This document shows positions 49,011 through 59,273 of a stretch of DNA of 64,000 nucleotides, piece after piece. The notes beneath the pieces were generated by a model. It was not told where the DNA came from. It worked only from the letters and a program-made list of their open reading frames with translations, and did no database searches. The translations under genes and the position numbers were made by a program. Positions within the stretch are counted from its first letter, which is position 1; each line of letters opens with the position of its first letter. This stretch comes from Candidatus Eremiobacteria bacterium (GTDB lineage: Bacteria; Vulcanimicrobiota; Vulcanimicrobiia; Vulcanimicrobiales; Vulcanimicrobiaceae), in assembly GCA_963758295.1 (NCBI GenBank), contig CAVWUU010000004.1, positions 608,001 to 672,000 on the forward strand, read 5' to 3'.

Positions 49011-51374
49011 TTACAGAGCGTTTGCTAGTGCCCAGCCTTTGGGCGTTCCGATACCGGCAGCTTGGTTGTACTGCGATGCATTGCACGAATAGGCGATATT
49101 ATTGCCCGACGTACAAGGCGTGTAGTACGTGCTATAGCCCGACGACTTGAACAGACTGTAGATCGTCGAGTTCAACCATCCAAGCTTGGAGCCGTGGAGT
49201 TGGTCGGATTCAAGGAATAACGCAACCGATGCGGGTGACGACCACGAGGTACCGAGATACGATGCGAACGCACCGCCCGTATACACGGCCACCGGATCGA
49301 ACGGTAATGAAATATCCGGTTGGTTTCGTCCGGAGGTAATCATACCGGCGACACCGCTCTGCCAGCTCGGAAGCGCGACAACCGTCGATACGCCGCCGCC
49401 GCCGTAGCATTTGCCGCTCGCGCTTCCGCACGATGCACTGCCCGCCGTCACCGACGTGAGCACACCCGAGGTGTTATACGCGAAGTTGACGCCGCCGATG
49501 GACGTGAAGTACGGGTCGCCGGCCGGCGCGCTGACGCCCTTCACATTATCGCTGGTGCCGCATTCGTTGGAACCCGAATCGCCCGATGAAGCTGAGAATT
49601 GAACGCCTTCGGCCGCACCTTGCTGCGCGATGGAGTTGGTCGCTGATTCAAAGGTCGGATCGCTCGATTCGCATCCGCCGAACGAGGAATTGATGGCGAC
49701 GGCTTTTCCGTCGGTCAACGCCTGATTGTAGGCATCTTCGATCGCCTGATCGGTGAGCGAGCCCATATCGTAGACGATGATGTTTGCACCGGGAGCAAGA
49801 CCTGCGATCGTTTGTACGTCGAGGTCGGTCTCCGGATCGTCGCCGCTGCCGCCGCCGTCGACGGCTTCATTCGTAACGGTGCCGGTTTCCGTAACACCTG
49901 CCGCCGACAGGTAGCTATGCAGATAGCTGGTGTTTACCGGATCGTCGATGATGACTGCGGCGGTGTAACCCGCGCCGTTGCAGCCATGCTGGACCGGATA
50001 GTCAAACGGTTTTGCGACGCCCGTTGCGAGCGTTCCGCTGGAGTTCGAAAGCGGTCCGTTGAGCGCTGCCGCACCATTGCAGCCGCCTGCCGGCGTCGAA
50101 GTCGGCGCGGCCGTTGGCGTAGACGTCGGCGACGCCGTCGGCGACGAGGTTGGTTTAGCGGTCGGCGTTGCCGTTGGAGACGGCGTCGGCGTGCTCGTTC
50201 CACCGCTCAGGTTCAACGCGGTCGAATCGATGAAGAAGTCGGTCTCGTAGGAGCCATTCTGCTTCGACGTCCACTTGATGGTCGCGTTTCCGCCTGCGAA
50301 CGACGACAAATTCACCGTTTGCTTGACGTAATACCCGTTGGTTTGATTGACGTTCGAAAGCGACTGAACCGTCGTGCCGTTGACGCTGAGTTTCAGCGTG
50401 TCGGTCGCCGTGTTCGGCTCGTTGCTGCCGATGTACAGATAGTACGTCAGCGTCGCCGTGCAGCCCGCGGGGATAGCCACCGTCTGCGAAAGCGAATCGG
50501 TTTCAGGAGACGTGTAGCCGTCGAGCCACGCAAACCAACTGCCCGAATACGCATACGGCGAGTAGTTATAGATTACGCCCGAAGAGGACGTCCAATTCAC
50601 GGCTCCGGATTCGAAGCCGGGATTGAGCAGCAATTGGCCGGTGCATCCGGCGGCCGTCGTGCGCAGCGTTTCCGGCGCTTCCTGGCTCGCGGCTCCGCCG
50701 GGCTGTTTGCTTCCGGGCTGCACTTTAATGAAAGGACGCGTGAGCCCGTTGTCGGCATCAACTTGCGTTTGGGCAATAACGACGTTGCTCAGTGAGGCGG
50801 TATGCACGTATTGCGAGATCGCGGACGGAACCGTCGCGGGCGTCAAGTTCGCAAAGCGTTGGCCGTACTTGCCTTGATTCACGTTGTGCATTTGTGTGCC
50901 GAAGTACCGCTCGACCGTCGCCGTGGGCGCGGTCGCATCGATCACCGTCCGATTCGCATAACGCTTGGTGATCGTAAACCCGGCTTTTTGCAATGCCGAA
51001 ACGACCGCTGCTTCTTGCTGCGCGGTCGGCGCGTAGGTGGCGTTGAACTGCGCCGGCGTCAGAAACGCATGCGTTCCGTGTGGACCGCTCGCGGCAGCAA
51101 TGAATTGATCGAGCTGATCTTGGTGGTTGTAATTCAAGGTAATGGCAACGGAAACGGGCGCAAGCGCGGCGCGACGGCCGGCGTCCGTAAAAGCCAGTTT
51201 CCCGTGCGTCATGGGGACGGAAATCGCCTCAGCCCGCGACGACGCATTGGTAAGACTCTGTGGCGTCGTCGACGAGGGCTCCAGATTGGGAAGCGACGAT
51301 TTTCCGCCGCTACAAGCGGCGAGGGCCATGGCAAGGATCACCGATCCCGCCAATGCCCGGCGAACTTCGTGCAT
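49011..51374 (-). CDS. S53 (sedolisin/kumamolisin) protease lipoprotein
   Basis: Start reassigned to ATG 51374; LAAC lipobox; pro-domain (FLTPAQF...YAP); ETDLD, SSGDSG, GGGG.S, R.QPDIS, GTSW.SP, G.GTP. Confidence 0.9.
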   Translation of the reverse strand: MHEVRRALAGSVILAMALAACSGGKSSLPNLEPSSTTPQSLTNASSRAEAISVPMTHGKLAFTDAGRRAALAPVSVAITLNYNHQDQLDQFIAAASGPHGTHAFLTPAQFNATYAPTAQQEAAVVSALQKAGFTITKRYANRTVIDATAPTATVERYFGTQMHNVNQGKYGQRFANLTPATVPSAISQYVHTASLSNVVIAQTQVDADNGLTRPFIKVQPGSKQPGGAASQEAPETLRTTAAGCTGQLLLNPGFESGAVNWTSSSGVIYNYSPYAYSGSWFAWLDGYTSPETDSLSQTVAIPAGCTATLTYYLYIGSNEPNTATDTLKLSVNGTTVQSLSNVNQTNGYYVKQTVNLSSFAGGNATIKWTSKQNGSYETDFFIDSTALNLSGGTSTPTPSPTATPTAKPTSSPTASPTSTPTAAPTSTPAGGCNGAAALNGPLSNSSGTLATGVAKPFDYPVQHGCNGAGYTAAVIIDDPVNTSYLHSYLSAAGVTETGTVTNEAVDGGGSGDDPETDLDVQTIAGLAPGANIIVYDMGSLTDQAIEDAYNQALTDGKAVAINSSFGGCESSDPTFESATNSIAQQGAAEGVQFSASSGDSGSNECGTSDNVKGVSAPAGDPYFTSIGGVNFAYNTSGVLTSVTAGSASCGSASGKCYGGGGVSTVVALPSWQSGVAGMITSGRNQPDISLPFDPVAVYTGGAFASYLGTSWSSPASVALFLESDQLHGSKLGWLNSTIYSLFKSSGYSTYYTPCTSGNNIAYSCNASQYNQAAGIGTPKGWALANAL

Positions 51375-51500
51375 CAAAATACCTCTATAAGAACAGCGGT
51401 TACCGCACGCGTTCTGCGGCGGTCCATTCACCGTAGAGCCAAAAGGCCGCCACGAAAAAGCCCCGATACCCACCTAGGTGCTTTTTGCACCTAAGCACCT

Positions 51501-52265
51501 CTAGGGAGAGGGCAAGGCTGACGGTGACGGCGTGGCCGGCGGAGCAACCCCGTCGATCGTGCCGCCGGTGCGGCTGCGAAGGGTCGCTGCGTCGACTACC
51601 GTGCAGCCGGTGCGTTCGAGCGCATTGCTGCATGCGACGGTATTCTTAAAGCTGGCGCCTTCGAGCCGGGCGCCGCGCAGATTGTCGCAGCTCAGTTCGC
51701 TCTTGCTGCCCTTCATCGAGTACGAGCATAGCGATGCTCCGTCGAGTTTTGCATAGCTCAGATCCGCGTTGCCGAAATCGATCGACGTGAGCCGTAATCC
51801 GGAAAGGTCCGTTTTCGAAAGCATGCTGTTTTGAAAATTACAGCTAATGCATCCACCCAGCAGCTCACGCAGCGAACGGTCGGAGATTGTCGCATGAAAC
51901 CCGGCGAAGTTCGCTGCCACAATTCGCGTCTCGTCGAAATTCGCGCCGTCCAGCTTTGCGCCTGAGAAATTGCACGCAATGCATTCAGCGCCGTGGAAAT
52001 CCGCGTTCTCGAGGTCGGCACCCGCGAAATTGGCCGCCACGAGTTGAGAGCGCGCAAACGAAGCGCTGCGCAATTTGGCGCCGGCAAAATTGGCGCCTAC
52101 GTACGTTGCCGTCGTAAAATCGGCATTTTGTAACGATTGGTTCGAGAGGTCGCAGCCGCTGCAAAACTTCGGCAGGGGCATTGCGGCCGCCGGCGATGGC
52201 AGAAGACCGAGCAGAAAGCCGACGACGATACCGAGCAGACCCGCGACTTTTAGAAAACGCGCCAT
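51501..52265 (-). CDS. Exported pentapeptide-repeat protein
   Basis: Signal peptide; A(N/D)(F/L)xx repeats; C.GC pairs. Confidence 0.9.
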   Translation of the reverse strand: MARFLKVAGLLGIVVGFLLGLLPSPAAAMPLPKFCSGCDLSNQSLQNADFTTATYVGANFAGAKLRSASFARSQLVAANFAGADLENADFHGAECIACNFSGAKLDGANFDETRIVAANFAGFHATISDRSLRELLGGCISCNFQNSMLSKTDLSGLRLTSIDFGNADLSYAKLDGASLCSYSMKGSKSELSCDNLRGARLEGASFKNTVACSNALERTGCTVVDAATLRSRTGGTIDGVAPPATPSPSALPSP

Positions 52266-52499
52266 GGCTCTTCACCTCCACATCGAGAAACTAAACAAAG
52301 CCCTAGAACGTTCGCAGCGCAAAAGACCGCCTCTTCTTCCCGTTTTGCTTCAACCTCGACATAAGGAACGAGTTTGAATGCAGCCGGCATCCGGGGTGAG
52401 TGCGAACAAACGCGTTCGCGCGATCGTCCGATCACGAACGCCGCCGGGGTTTCCTCTGGCAGACCAGGCCTAAAACGGGCACGCTAGGAATGGTGCGGC

Positions 52500-53843
52500 A
52501 TGGCGAAAGTCGCAGCGTTTTTCGTGCGTCTCTTTGAGTTTGCTATGCCGGACCCGTACGTCTTTGCGGTCCTGCTCACACTCTTGACGGCGTCGCTCGC
52601 TTTCGGACTCGCGCCGCATCGCACTCTCGAAGACGTCCTCGGTGCCTGGTACAACGGCATCTTCGAGATCTTCGCTTTCGCGCTGCAGATGATTCTGATC
52701 CTCGTGACGGGCTACGCGCTCGCGAGTAGCCTGCCGGTTGCGGGCGCGCTGGAGCGGATAGCGGCAATTCCGCAGACGACGCGCTCGGCCGTCGTGTTGA
52801 CGTTTCTCATTTCTGCCGGCGCATGCTGGCTGAACTGGGGCTTCGGTCTAGTCGTTGCGGGACTGTTAGCAAGAGCGATCGCGCGACGGATGCGCATTGA
52901 TTTCGGGTGGTTGGTGGGTGCGGCTTACAGCGGCTTTCTCATTTGGGCAAGCGGCCTTTCGAGTTCGATTGCGCTCGCGCAAGCGACGCCCGGGAACAAG
53001 CTGAACATCGTACAGAGTTTAACCGGAACGGTGCTGCCGCTTTCGCGCACGATCTTCACTGCGTTCAACTTGGTGCCCGTCCTCGTGCTCGTTATCGTCG
53101 TACCGGCGTTGTTCGTGGCGCTCGAGCCCAAGGGCGGCGATGTCGCAACAGGGGATATTGAAAGGCTCGCGGAGGCCGACGCGGCGGCGCTTCCTCAGTC
53201 TCAGAATCGCGGAAAGCTCGCAAGTGCATTGGATAACGCCTGGGCATTGAATCTCGCGATCGTCGCCGGTGGTCTCGCATATCTAGTCATAACCTGGCGC
53301 AAGACGGGATTTTCGTTGGACATCGACAGCGTGATCTTCATCTTTTTCTTGCTCGGCCTGCTGCTGCATTGGACGCCGGTCCGGTACGTGCGCGCGATCG
53401 ACGGTGCGGCGCGCGTTACGGGACCACTGTTGATTCAGTATCCGCTCTACGGCGGCATCATGGGGCTGATGACCGGCACGGGCCTCGCCGGCGTAATCTC
53501 GCAATGGTTTCTCGCGTTCTCGACCGCTGCGACGCTGCCGTTCTGGAACTACGTCTCGAGCATCATCATCTCGCTTTTCGTTCCGAGCGGTGGCGGTCAT
53601 TGGGCGGTGCAGGGACCATTCGCGGTACCGGCCGCCGCGAAACTCGGCGCGTCGCAAGCGGCTACCGCGATGGCCGTTGCCATTGGGGAAGAAGTCGCAA
53701 ATATGATTCAGCCGTTCTGGGCGCTACCGGTTCTGGCTATCGCGGGCGTCGGTCTGCGCCGCGTGATGGCCTTTACCGCACTCGTGTTCTTCGTAGCACT
53801 GGTCGTCTTTGGAGCGAGCCTGCTCTTACTCGTGCCGCACTGA
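52500..53843 (+). CDS. atoE: Short-chain fatty acid transporter (AtoE/TIGR00366 family)
   Basis: MPDPYVFA, FALQM.LILVTG, LNWGFGLV, QYPLYGGI, FVPSGGGHWAVQGP, NMIQPFWALP. Confidence 0.9.
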   Translation: MAKVAAFFVRLFEFAMPDPYVFAVLLTLLTASLAFGLAPHRTLEDVLGAWYNGIFEIFAFALQMILILVTGYALASSLPVAGALERIAAIPQTTRSAVVLTFLISAGACWLNWGFGLVVAGLLARAIARRMRIDFGWLVGAAYSGFLIWASGLSSSIALAQATPGNKLNIVQSLTGTVLPLSRTIFTAFNLVPVLVLVIVVPALFVALEPKGGDVATGDIERLAEADAAALPQSQNRGKLASALDNAWALNLAIVAGGLAYLVITWRKTGFSLDIDSVIFIFFLLGLLLHWTPVRYVRAIDGAARVTGPLLIQYPLYGGIMGLMTGTGLAGVISQWFLAFSTAATLPFWNYVSSIIISLFVPSGGGHWAVQGPFAVPAAAKLGASQAATAMAVAIGEEVANMIQPFWALPVLAIAGVGLRRVMAFTALVFFVALVVFGASLLLLVPH

Positions 53844-53897
53844 TTTTTTTCAACGCACGGCTCTTCACGCGAGGCGTTATACTCGGCTGCACTCACT

Positions 53898-54086
53898 TTA
53901 CCAAAGCACTCCATCGGCAAGCAGCATGTAGAGAATTGGTCCCACACCCCACAAGATGCAGACCACGGCCCACAGGATCTTTTTCGCCGTATCCATGTCC
54001 CCGCGCGCGGCGATATTGATCCATGCGAGAATCACTGCGATCGGATGAAGAAAGATCGAAAGTAAGATTTCGAAGAGCAGCTTCAT
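53898..54086 (-). CDS. Small two-TM membrane protein (PLDc_N-like)
   Basis: AW.NI..R.D....KILW.....LWGVGPILY pattern. Confidence 0.75.
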   Translation of the reverse strand: MKLLFEILLSIFLHPIAVILAWINIAARGDMDTAKKILWAVVCILWGVGPILYMLLADGVLW

Positions 54087-54194
54087 GCCTTGATATACTA
54101 CGACGCATCGCGGAAGGTTCCGCGGATGTTGTGGATTTGGCCGCTGATCAGCGCGTTCCAGCCGAGCTGCGAAGCCGTGGCAATCTTTGGTTTG

Positions 54195-54443
54195 TTAGCC
54201 GCGCTCGTCGACGCCGCCGTCCACTTCCTCTTCCTCGTCTTCGTATTCTAAATCGTCTTCTTCAGGCGAGGGCGACATTTCGTCGACCGCACTGAATACC
54301 TCGCGATAAAGCGCGCCGATCTCCCGGCCTAAATCCTCGCCGCCACGATCGGCCGGGACGTTCTTCAGCCAACCGTCTAGCGCAGCGATGGCGATATTCA
54401 TGGCGATGACCTCGGTACCGAGCGCGTGGGATTCGAAATCCAT
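54195..54443 (-). CDS. Hypothetical acidic protein
   Basis: Start reassigned to ATG 54443 (AAAGGAG RBS); E/D-rich tail. Confidence 0.75.
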   Translation of the reverse strand: MDFESHALGTEVIAMNIAIAALDGWLKNVPADRGGEDLGREIGALYREVFSAVDEMSPSPEEDDLEYEDEEEEVDGGVDERG

Positions 54444-54576
54444 TCCAGTCTCCTTTAAGTCGACGTGACGAGCGTAGCGGACGGCCAATTATCCGCGCAT
54501 TAAGGGTATGACTTTTCCACTAGAGGCCTTTCCGGTGCAACGGGGTAGAAAGTTAGCCCGGCAACCGGGATAAACC

Positions 54577-56079
54577 ATGAGAAATCCGTTTCAACACCGC
54601 GAAAATGCGCCTGTAGCCCTGATTACGATCACCGTGATGCTTGGCATGATCATGGCCATCATCGATTCGACGATCGTGAATGTCGCCCTGAACACCATCG
54701 CCGGCAACCTGGGCGCATCGGTAGACGAAGTCTCCTGGGTTGCAACGGGCTACATCCTTGCCAATGTGTGCGTCATGCCGTTGAACGGCTGGCTCACCGC
54801 TTATCTGGGGCGCAAGAAGTTCTACGCTGCCTCGCTCGCGATTTTCACGATTGCGTCGCTTCTTTGCGGAACCGCGACGTCGATCACGCAACTCATCATT
54901 TATCGCGTGATCCAGGGCATCGGCGGCGGCGCGCTGCAGCCGACCGCACAGGCGATTCTTTTCGAAACGTACCCGGCCGAAAAACGCGGCGCCGCAATGG
55001 CGATTTTCGGACTGGGCGCAATGGTCGGCCCGGCAGTCGGACCGACGCTTGGCGGCTATATCGTAGACAACGCTACGTGGCCGCTGATTTTCTACATCAA
55101 CATCCCGATCGGCATCATCGCGTTCATGATGACCATGGCCGTGATTCCCAATCCGAAGTTCATCGAAAAAGTGAAGACCGGCATCGACTGGACCGGTTTG
55201 ACTCTGCTGACCGCCGGTCTCGCATCGTTGCAGTATGTCTTGGAGCGCGGTGAACACGACGAATGGTACAGTTCGAGCACCATTTGGATTCTGACGGTCG
55301 TGGCCGCGGTGTCGCTCGTCTGGTTCGTGGTCAAGATGCTGAAAGACCGGTATCCGCTCGTGCAACTGCGCGTGTTCCGGCTTTCGTCTTATACGATCGG
55401 GAACATCATCGGCATCGTTTCGGGATTTGGGTTATTCGGCACGGCGTTGATCCTGCCGCTCTTCTTCCAGACGATTCTCGGCTTCACCGCGTTCGATACG
55501 GGGATGGCCCTTTTACCGGGCGCGATCGCGACCGCGATCAGTATGCTGATCATCGGCCGGATCAACAACATCGTCGATCCGCGCGTGTCCATCGCATTCG
55601 GAATGGTCGTCTTCGGCTACTCCACGTGGATGCTCGGGGGCCTCAACACGCAAGCGGGATACTGGGAAGTCTTCTGGCCGCGCGTGGTTCAAGGCCTCGG
55701 GTTAGGCTTTCTTTTCGTGCCGCTTTCGACGGTTACTTTGGGCGACGTTCCCATTCCGGAATTGGCAGGTGCAACCGGCGTCTACACGCTCGTTCGCCAG
55801 CTGGGCGGCAGTTTCGGTATTGCGATCCTCACTACGCTCCTTACGCACGAAACGGCGGTAGCGTGGAACGTTCTCGCCTCCGGCGTTACGGCGACGCACG
55901 GATATTCGGTCGGCATGCTTACGCAAATGGTCTCACAGCAGGCGGCGATGATTTCCTATGACTACCTCTTCCGCCTCACGGCGATTTTGTTCTTCATCTG
56001 CACGCCGCTGGTGTTTTTCATCAAGGTAAAACCACGGGGGGCAAATGCTTCCGCAATGGCAATGGCGGCGGCGGAATAA
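54577..56079 (+). CDS. DHA2 (EmrB/QacA) MFS efflux transporter
   Basis: DSTIVNVAL, WV.TGY, R..QG.GGG, GP.LGG, W.LIFYINIPIG, RQLGGSFG. Confidence 0.95.
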   Translation: MRNPFQHRENAPVALITITVMLGMIMAIIDSTIVNVALNTIAGNLGASVDEVSWVATGYILANVCVMPLNGWLTAYLGRKKFYAASLAIFTIASLLCGTATSITQLIIYRVIQGIGGGALQPTAQAILFETYPAEKRGAAMAIFGLGAMVGPAVGPTLGGYIVDNATWPLIFYINIPIGIIAFMMTMAVIPNPKFIEKVKTGIDWTGLTLLTAGLASLQYVLERGEHDEWYSSSTIWILTVVAAVSLVWFVVKMLKDRYPLVQLRVFRLSSYTIGNIIGIVSGFGLFGTALILPLFFQTILGFTAFDTGMALLPGAIATAISMLIIGRINNIVDPRVSIAFGMVVFGYSTWMLGGLNTQAGYWEVFWPRVVQGLGLGFLFVPLSTVTLGDVPIPELAGATGVYTLVRQLGGSFGIAILTTLLTHETAVAWNVLASGVTATHGYSVGMLTQMVSQQAAMISYDYLFRLTAILFFICTPLVFFIKVKPRGANASAMAMAAAE

Positions 56080-56083
56080 ACCG

Positions 56084-56977
56084 ATGAGTACGGCACGCTA
56101 TTTATTACTCGACGTCTTCACGGATCGTCCGTTCGAAGGCAATCAACTCGCCGTTTTTCCTGAAGGAGCGCTCGCCGATCGCGCCATGCAACGCATCGCC
56201 CGGGAACTCAATCTGGCTGAGACGGTCTTCGCCACTCGGGGCGACGGCCGCACGGCGGCAACGTTGCGCATCTTCACGCCCGGCCGCGAAGTACCGTTCG
56301 CGGGGCATCCCACCATCGGTACGGCGATTGCGATTGCGACCGAACTGCAGTGGGTCGACTATTCCGTCGACTCCTTCGTGCTGCGAGAAAACGTCGGGGA
56401 CATTCCCATAGCACTCGAACGCGGCGCGGTTTTAACCGCGTGGCTTACCACGCCGCCCACGTTCTTGCGCCAAACTTTCGATCGTGAAGCCGCCGCTGCT
56501 TCGCTCGGGCTCGACCTCCAAGCGGTTCGCGATGACGTGCCGCCGCAGATTGCCGGTGCCGGTCCGGCCTTTCTCTATATCGGCCTCACGTCGCGCGAGG
56601 CCGTCGATCGCGCGTGCATCGACGACGCCGCGCTCCGGCGCATGGTGGACTATTCGCAAATCGTCGGCGTGTATTGCTTCTCGCAAGAAGAGGGCGGCTT
56701 TCACGCACGCATGTTTGCGCCGATGTCGGGCATCCCGGAGGATCCCGCAACAGGAAGCGCTGCGGGCCCGCTCTGCTTTTATCTCGCCAATTACAGTGCT
56801 CTACCGAAGGCCGAACGCTTTGTGGTTCTTCAAGGCGTCGCCATGGGTAGGCGCTCGGTCATCCACGTTCGCTGCAAGTGGGACGGCGATACCTTGGGTC
56901 AAGCCGACGTCGGCGGAAATGCGGTCATCGTGGGGCACGGGGAGCTTATCGTACCAGACGACGGGCCAACGGGTTAA
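56084..56977 (+). CDS. PhzF family isomerase/epimerase
   Basis: DVFT.....GNQLAV, LNLAET.F, RIFTP..EVPFAGHPT, EDPATGSA. Confidence 0.95.
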   Translation: MSTARYLLLDVFTDRPFEGNQLAVFPEGALADRAMQRIARELNLAETVFATRGDGRTAATLRIFTPGREVPFAGHPTIGTAIAIATELQWVDYSVDSFVLRENVGDIPIALERGAVLTAWLTTPPTFLRQTFDREAAAASLGLDLQAVRDDVPPQIAGAGPAFLYIGLTSREAVDRACIDDAALRRMVDYSQIVGVYCFSQEEGGFHARMFAPMSGIPEDPATGSAAGPLCFYLANYSALPKAERFVVLQGVAMGRRSVIHVRCKWDGDTLGQADVGGNAVIVGHGELIVPDDGPTG

Positions 56978-57827
56978 GCGCGCGAAAGCGCCACCGCTGC
57001 TCGTAGTTCATCCGTCGCAACACGTTTCGCGCCCGCGTCTCGACCGTTTGTTTGCGAGCGAGTTCGTCCGTGAGCGCATGCAGCATTCCCAGCCGAACGC
57101 GTAGTCTTGCGATTGTCGCAAGTGCAGCCGGCGGATGTTCGCCGTGGAAGCGCATGAGACGCGGGTAAAATTCGGCAAAATACGTCGGCACGTGAATGTC
57201 GCGCAACTGCGCTTCGTCTACAACTTTGCCCGGTGCCCCGAGATTCGTGTAGTGCCATTCCTTTTCGGCGTGCCGTTGTACGTCGAGCGTATGTCCGTAA
57301 TGCGCGTACACATAGGGCAACACCAGTCGCTGCCCGGGCAACCCGCGCAACTGTTCGTGCACGGTGCCTTCCCAACGGACGCCGGAATGAAAGCGATGGA
57401 ACATCAAGCGGCGTTCGATGGACATGTACCAGTCGAACGAGCCGAAGAAATGCCACGTGTAAGCATCAACGGCATCGTAATCGGCGGGCACCTCGTGCAA
57501 GTGTGACGCGATGCGTTGCGCCGCCGTTGCGTGAACCTCGTCGGCGTCGACGAAGGCCACCCAATCGCCGGCATTCTCTCGCTCGTGAATGGCGAGACAG
57601 ACATTTCGCGCCGCGGCGAAGCCGGTGAACGGCGTGCGATCCATGATCAAGGCGCCTCGCCCCGCGAAACCGCTTGCCCGAAGCGTTTGCTCGTGCGGAG
57701 ATGGGCCCGATCCGTTGTCGTTCACGATAACCGTTTGCACGACGCCTTCGAGCGATTCGAGAAGCGCCGTTAGAAACGGTTCTTCTCGCGGGCCGAGAAT
57801 CAAGTGGGCGGCGATGCGGGCGGACAC
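56946..57827 (-). CDS. Glycosyltransferase family 2
   Basis: VNDNGS, FAAARN, W..FVDADE, W.GTVHE, HYG. Confidence 0.85.
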   Translation of the reverse strand: MSARIAAHLILGPREEPFLTALLESLEGVVQTVIVNDNGSGPSPHEQTLRASGFAGRGALIMDRTPFTGFAAARNVCLAIHERENAGDWVAFVDADEVHATAAQRIASHLHEVPADYDAVDAYTWHFFGSFDWYMSIERRLMFHRFHSGVRWEGTVHEQLRGLPGQRLVLPYVYAHYGHTLDVQRHAEKEWHYTNLGAPGKVVDEAQLRDIHVPTYFAEFYPRLMRFHGEHPPAALATIARLRVRLGMLHALTDELARKQTVETRARNVLRRMNYEQRWRFRALNPLARRLVR

Positions 57828-57883
57828 CGCAACGCGCGTTCGTCAGGCAGAATCGGCGCCCTTCCGCGTCGTACCGGCGTAAC

Positions 57884-58339
57884 ATGCAGCGCATTCATCT
57901 TGCCACGGCTTTGATCGAGCGCGCCGGAGCCGTTCTGCTCGTGGCGTCGCGGTATCCCTCGCACCCCCAACCGTTATGGAACCTTCCCGGCGGGCGTCAG
58001 CAAAGCGGCGAGCTGCTGGAGCGGACAGCGTTGCGAGAGCTTCGTGAAGAGACGGGTCTTGCCGGCACGATTCGGGGTCTCGCATACGTCGCGGAGAGCT
58101 ACGACGGAGACCGTCATTTCTTGAACGCTGCGTTTCTGGTTGACGCCCAAGGTGAACCGGAGTTGCCGCGCGCCGGCGATCACGTCGCTAAAATCGAATG
58201 GATACCGCTCGACCGGATTGCCGGCCGCTTACACGCGGCGGTCGTTCGGGAACCGCTTTTGAATTTTCTTGAACGCGGGCAGCAATATTCTTCATTCGCA
58301 CGCGCCGATATTTCGGTTCGCTGGTTCGACGAAGGCTAA
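57884..58339 (+). CDS. NUDIX hydrolase
   Basis: Nudix box PGG....GE.....ALRELREETG. Confidence 0.93.
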   Translation: MQRIHLATALIERAGAVLLVASRYPSHPQPLWNLPGGRQQSGELLERTALRELREETGLAGTIRGLAYVAESYDGDRHFLNAAFLVDAQGEPELPRAGDHVAKIEWIPLDRIAGRLHAAVVREPLLNFLERGQQYSSFARADISVRWFDEG

Positions 58340-58887
58340 ACCGTATTGGCCGCTTCCCATCGCGCGCGCTCGAGCACGAAGCCGAGAACGTCTACCGGAT
58401 GTCCCTGGACCGTCGCACCATGCGGCAAAACGCCGTCCGGCTCGAAGCCGACGCGCGTTAGCACGAGCTTCGAGGGTTCGTTTTCGGGAACGCAGTACGC
58501 GCGCAGGCGGCGCAGACTTACGCGGGAGAATCCTTCGTTAACGAGCGCTCGCACCGCTTCGCTTGCGATGCCGCGCCGGCGGTATTCACGGACGACGCTA
58601 TACCCGATTTCTGCCGATCCGGCGGAACGCTCGCCGATTCGCAGCGACGCCCAGCCAACGGGCGGTTCGACGCCTTCGAGGTAAACCAACCATTCGAAGC
58701 GTCCCCACGATCCATGCTGCAACCGGCGTGGCCGAGACGCAACCATGCGTTGAAACTGCGCAAGATCCGCATCGGGCAGATCTTGGTACCTTCGCAAATC
58801 GGGCGCTTGCAGTATCTGCCAAAGCAGTTCCGCGTTCTCGGCGTTCACGGGGACCAAACGCAAGCGTTCGGTTAAAATCGTTCGCAC
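58336..58887 (-). CDS. GNAT N-acetyltransferase (RimJ/RimL family)
   Basis: TERLRL.P, AEIGY, RRRGIASEA, N.PS..VL..VGF. Confidence 0.92.
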   Translation of the reverse strand: MRTILTERLRLVPVNAENAELLWQILQAPDLRRYQDLPDADLAQFQRMVASRPRRLQHGSWGRFEWLVYLEGVEPPVGWASLRIGERSAGSAEIGYSVVREYRRRGIASEAVRALVNEGFSRVSLRRLRAYCVPENEPSKLVLTRVGFEPDGVLPHGATVQGHPVDVLGFVLERARWEAANTV

Positions 58888-58943
58888 TGCTGCTTGCTGT
58901 ACCCAATTTCGCGCGTGATAGCCGCCTGCAAAGGAGGCTCGCG

Positions 58944-59273
58944 ATGAACATTACGACGGCTTACAATTCCGATCGTCCGGCACTCGTCAGCTTTAGCGGA
59001 ACGGTAACGTCCTCTCCGTCGTATTTCTACGGAACGCACACGCATGCCGAACACGAAGAATTCGCGATGCAAACCGCGGCCGGCCCGCTCGACGTCATAG
59101 ACAACGTCGGCCTTGCTCCGCCGGTTCCGGTTTCGCCCGGCGATCGAATCGACGTCCGCGGCGAGATGGTGCATGACGCCGGCAAGCCTCCGATCGTGCA
59201 CTGGACCCATCACGATCCGGCGCATCAGCATCCGGACGGGTTCATTCGCTTCCAGGGGAAGGTGTATGCATAG
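58944..59273 (+). CDS. DUF3465-like OB-fold protein
   Basis: AAGGAGG RBS before ATG 58944; H..F, N..LAP, GD.I..RGE, VHWTHHDP..QHPDG. Confidence 0.75.
   Translation: MNITTAYNSDRPALVSFSGTVTSSPSYFYGTHTHAEHEEFAMQTAAGPLDVIDNVGLAPPVPVSPGDRIDVRGEMVHDAGKPPIVHWTHHDPAHQHPDGFIRFQGKVYA

Noticed and set aside
52266..52499. Riboswitch or ncRNA between the pentapeptide gene and atoE (hairpin GCGTTCG..GATCG/CGATC..CGAACGC)
   Set aside because: A single imperfect hairpin with no recognisable riboswitch consensus; an Rfam scan would be needed
56084..56977. Phenazine biosynthesis cluster
   Set aside because: A lone PhzF-family gene without phzA/B/D/E/G
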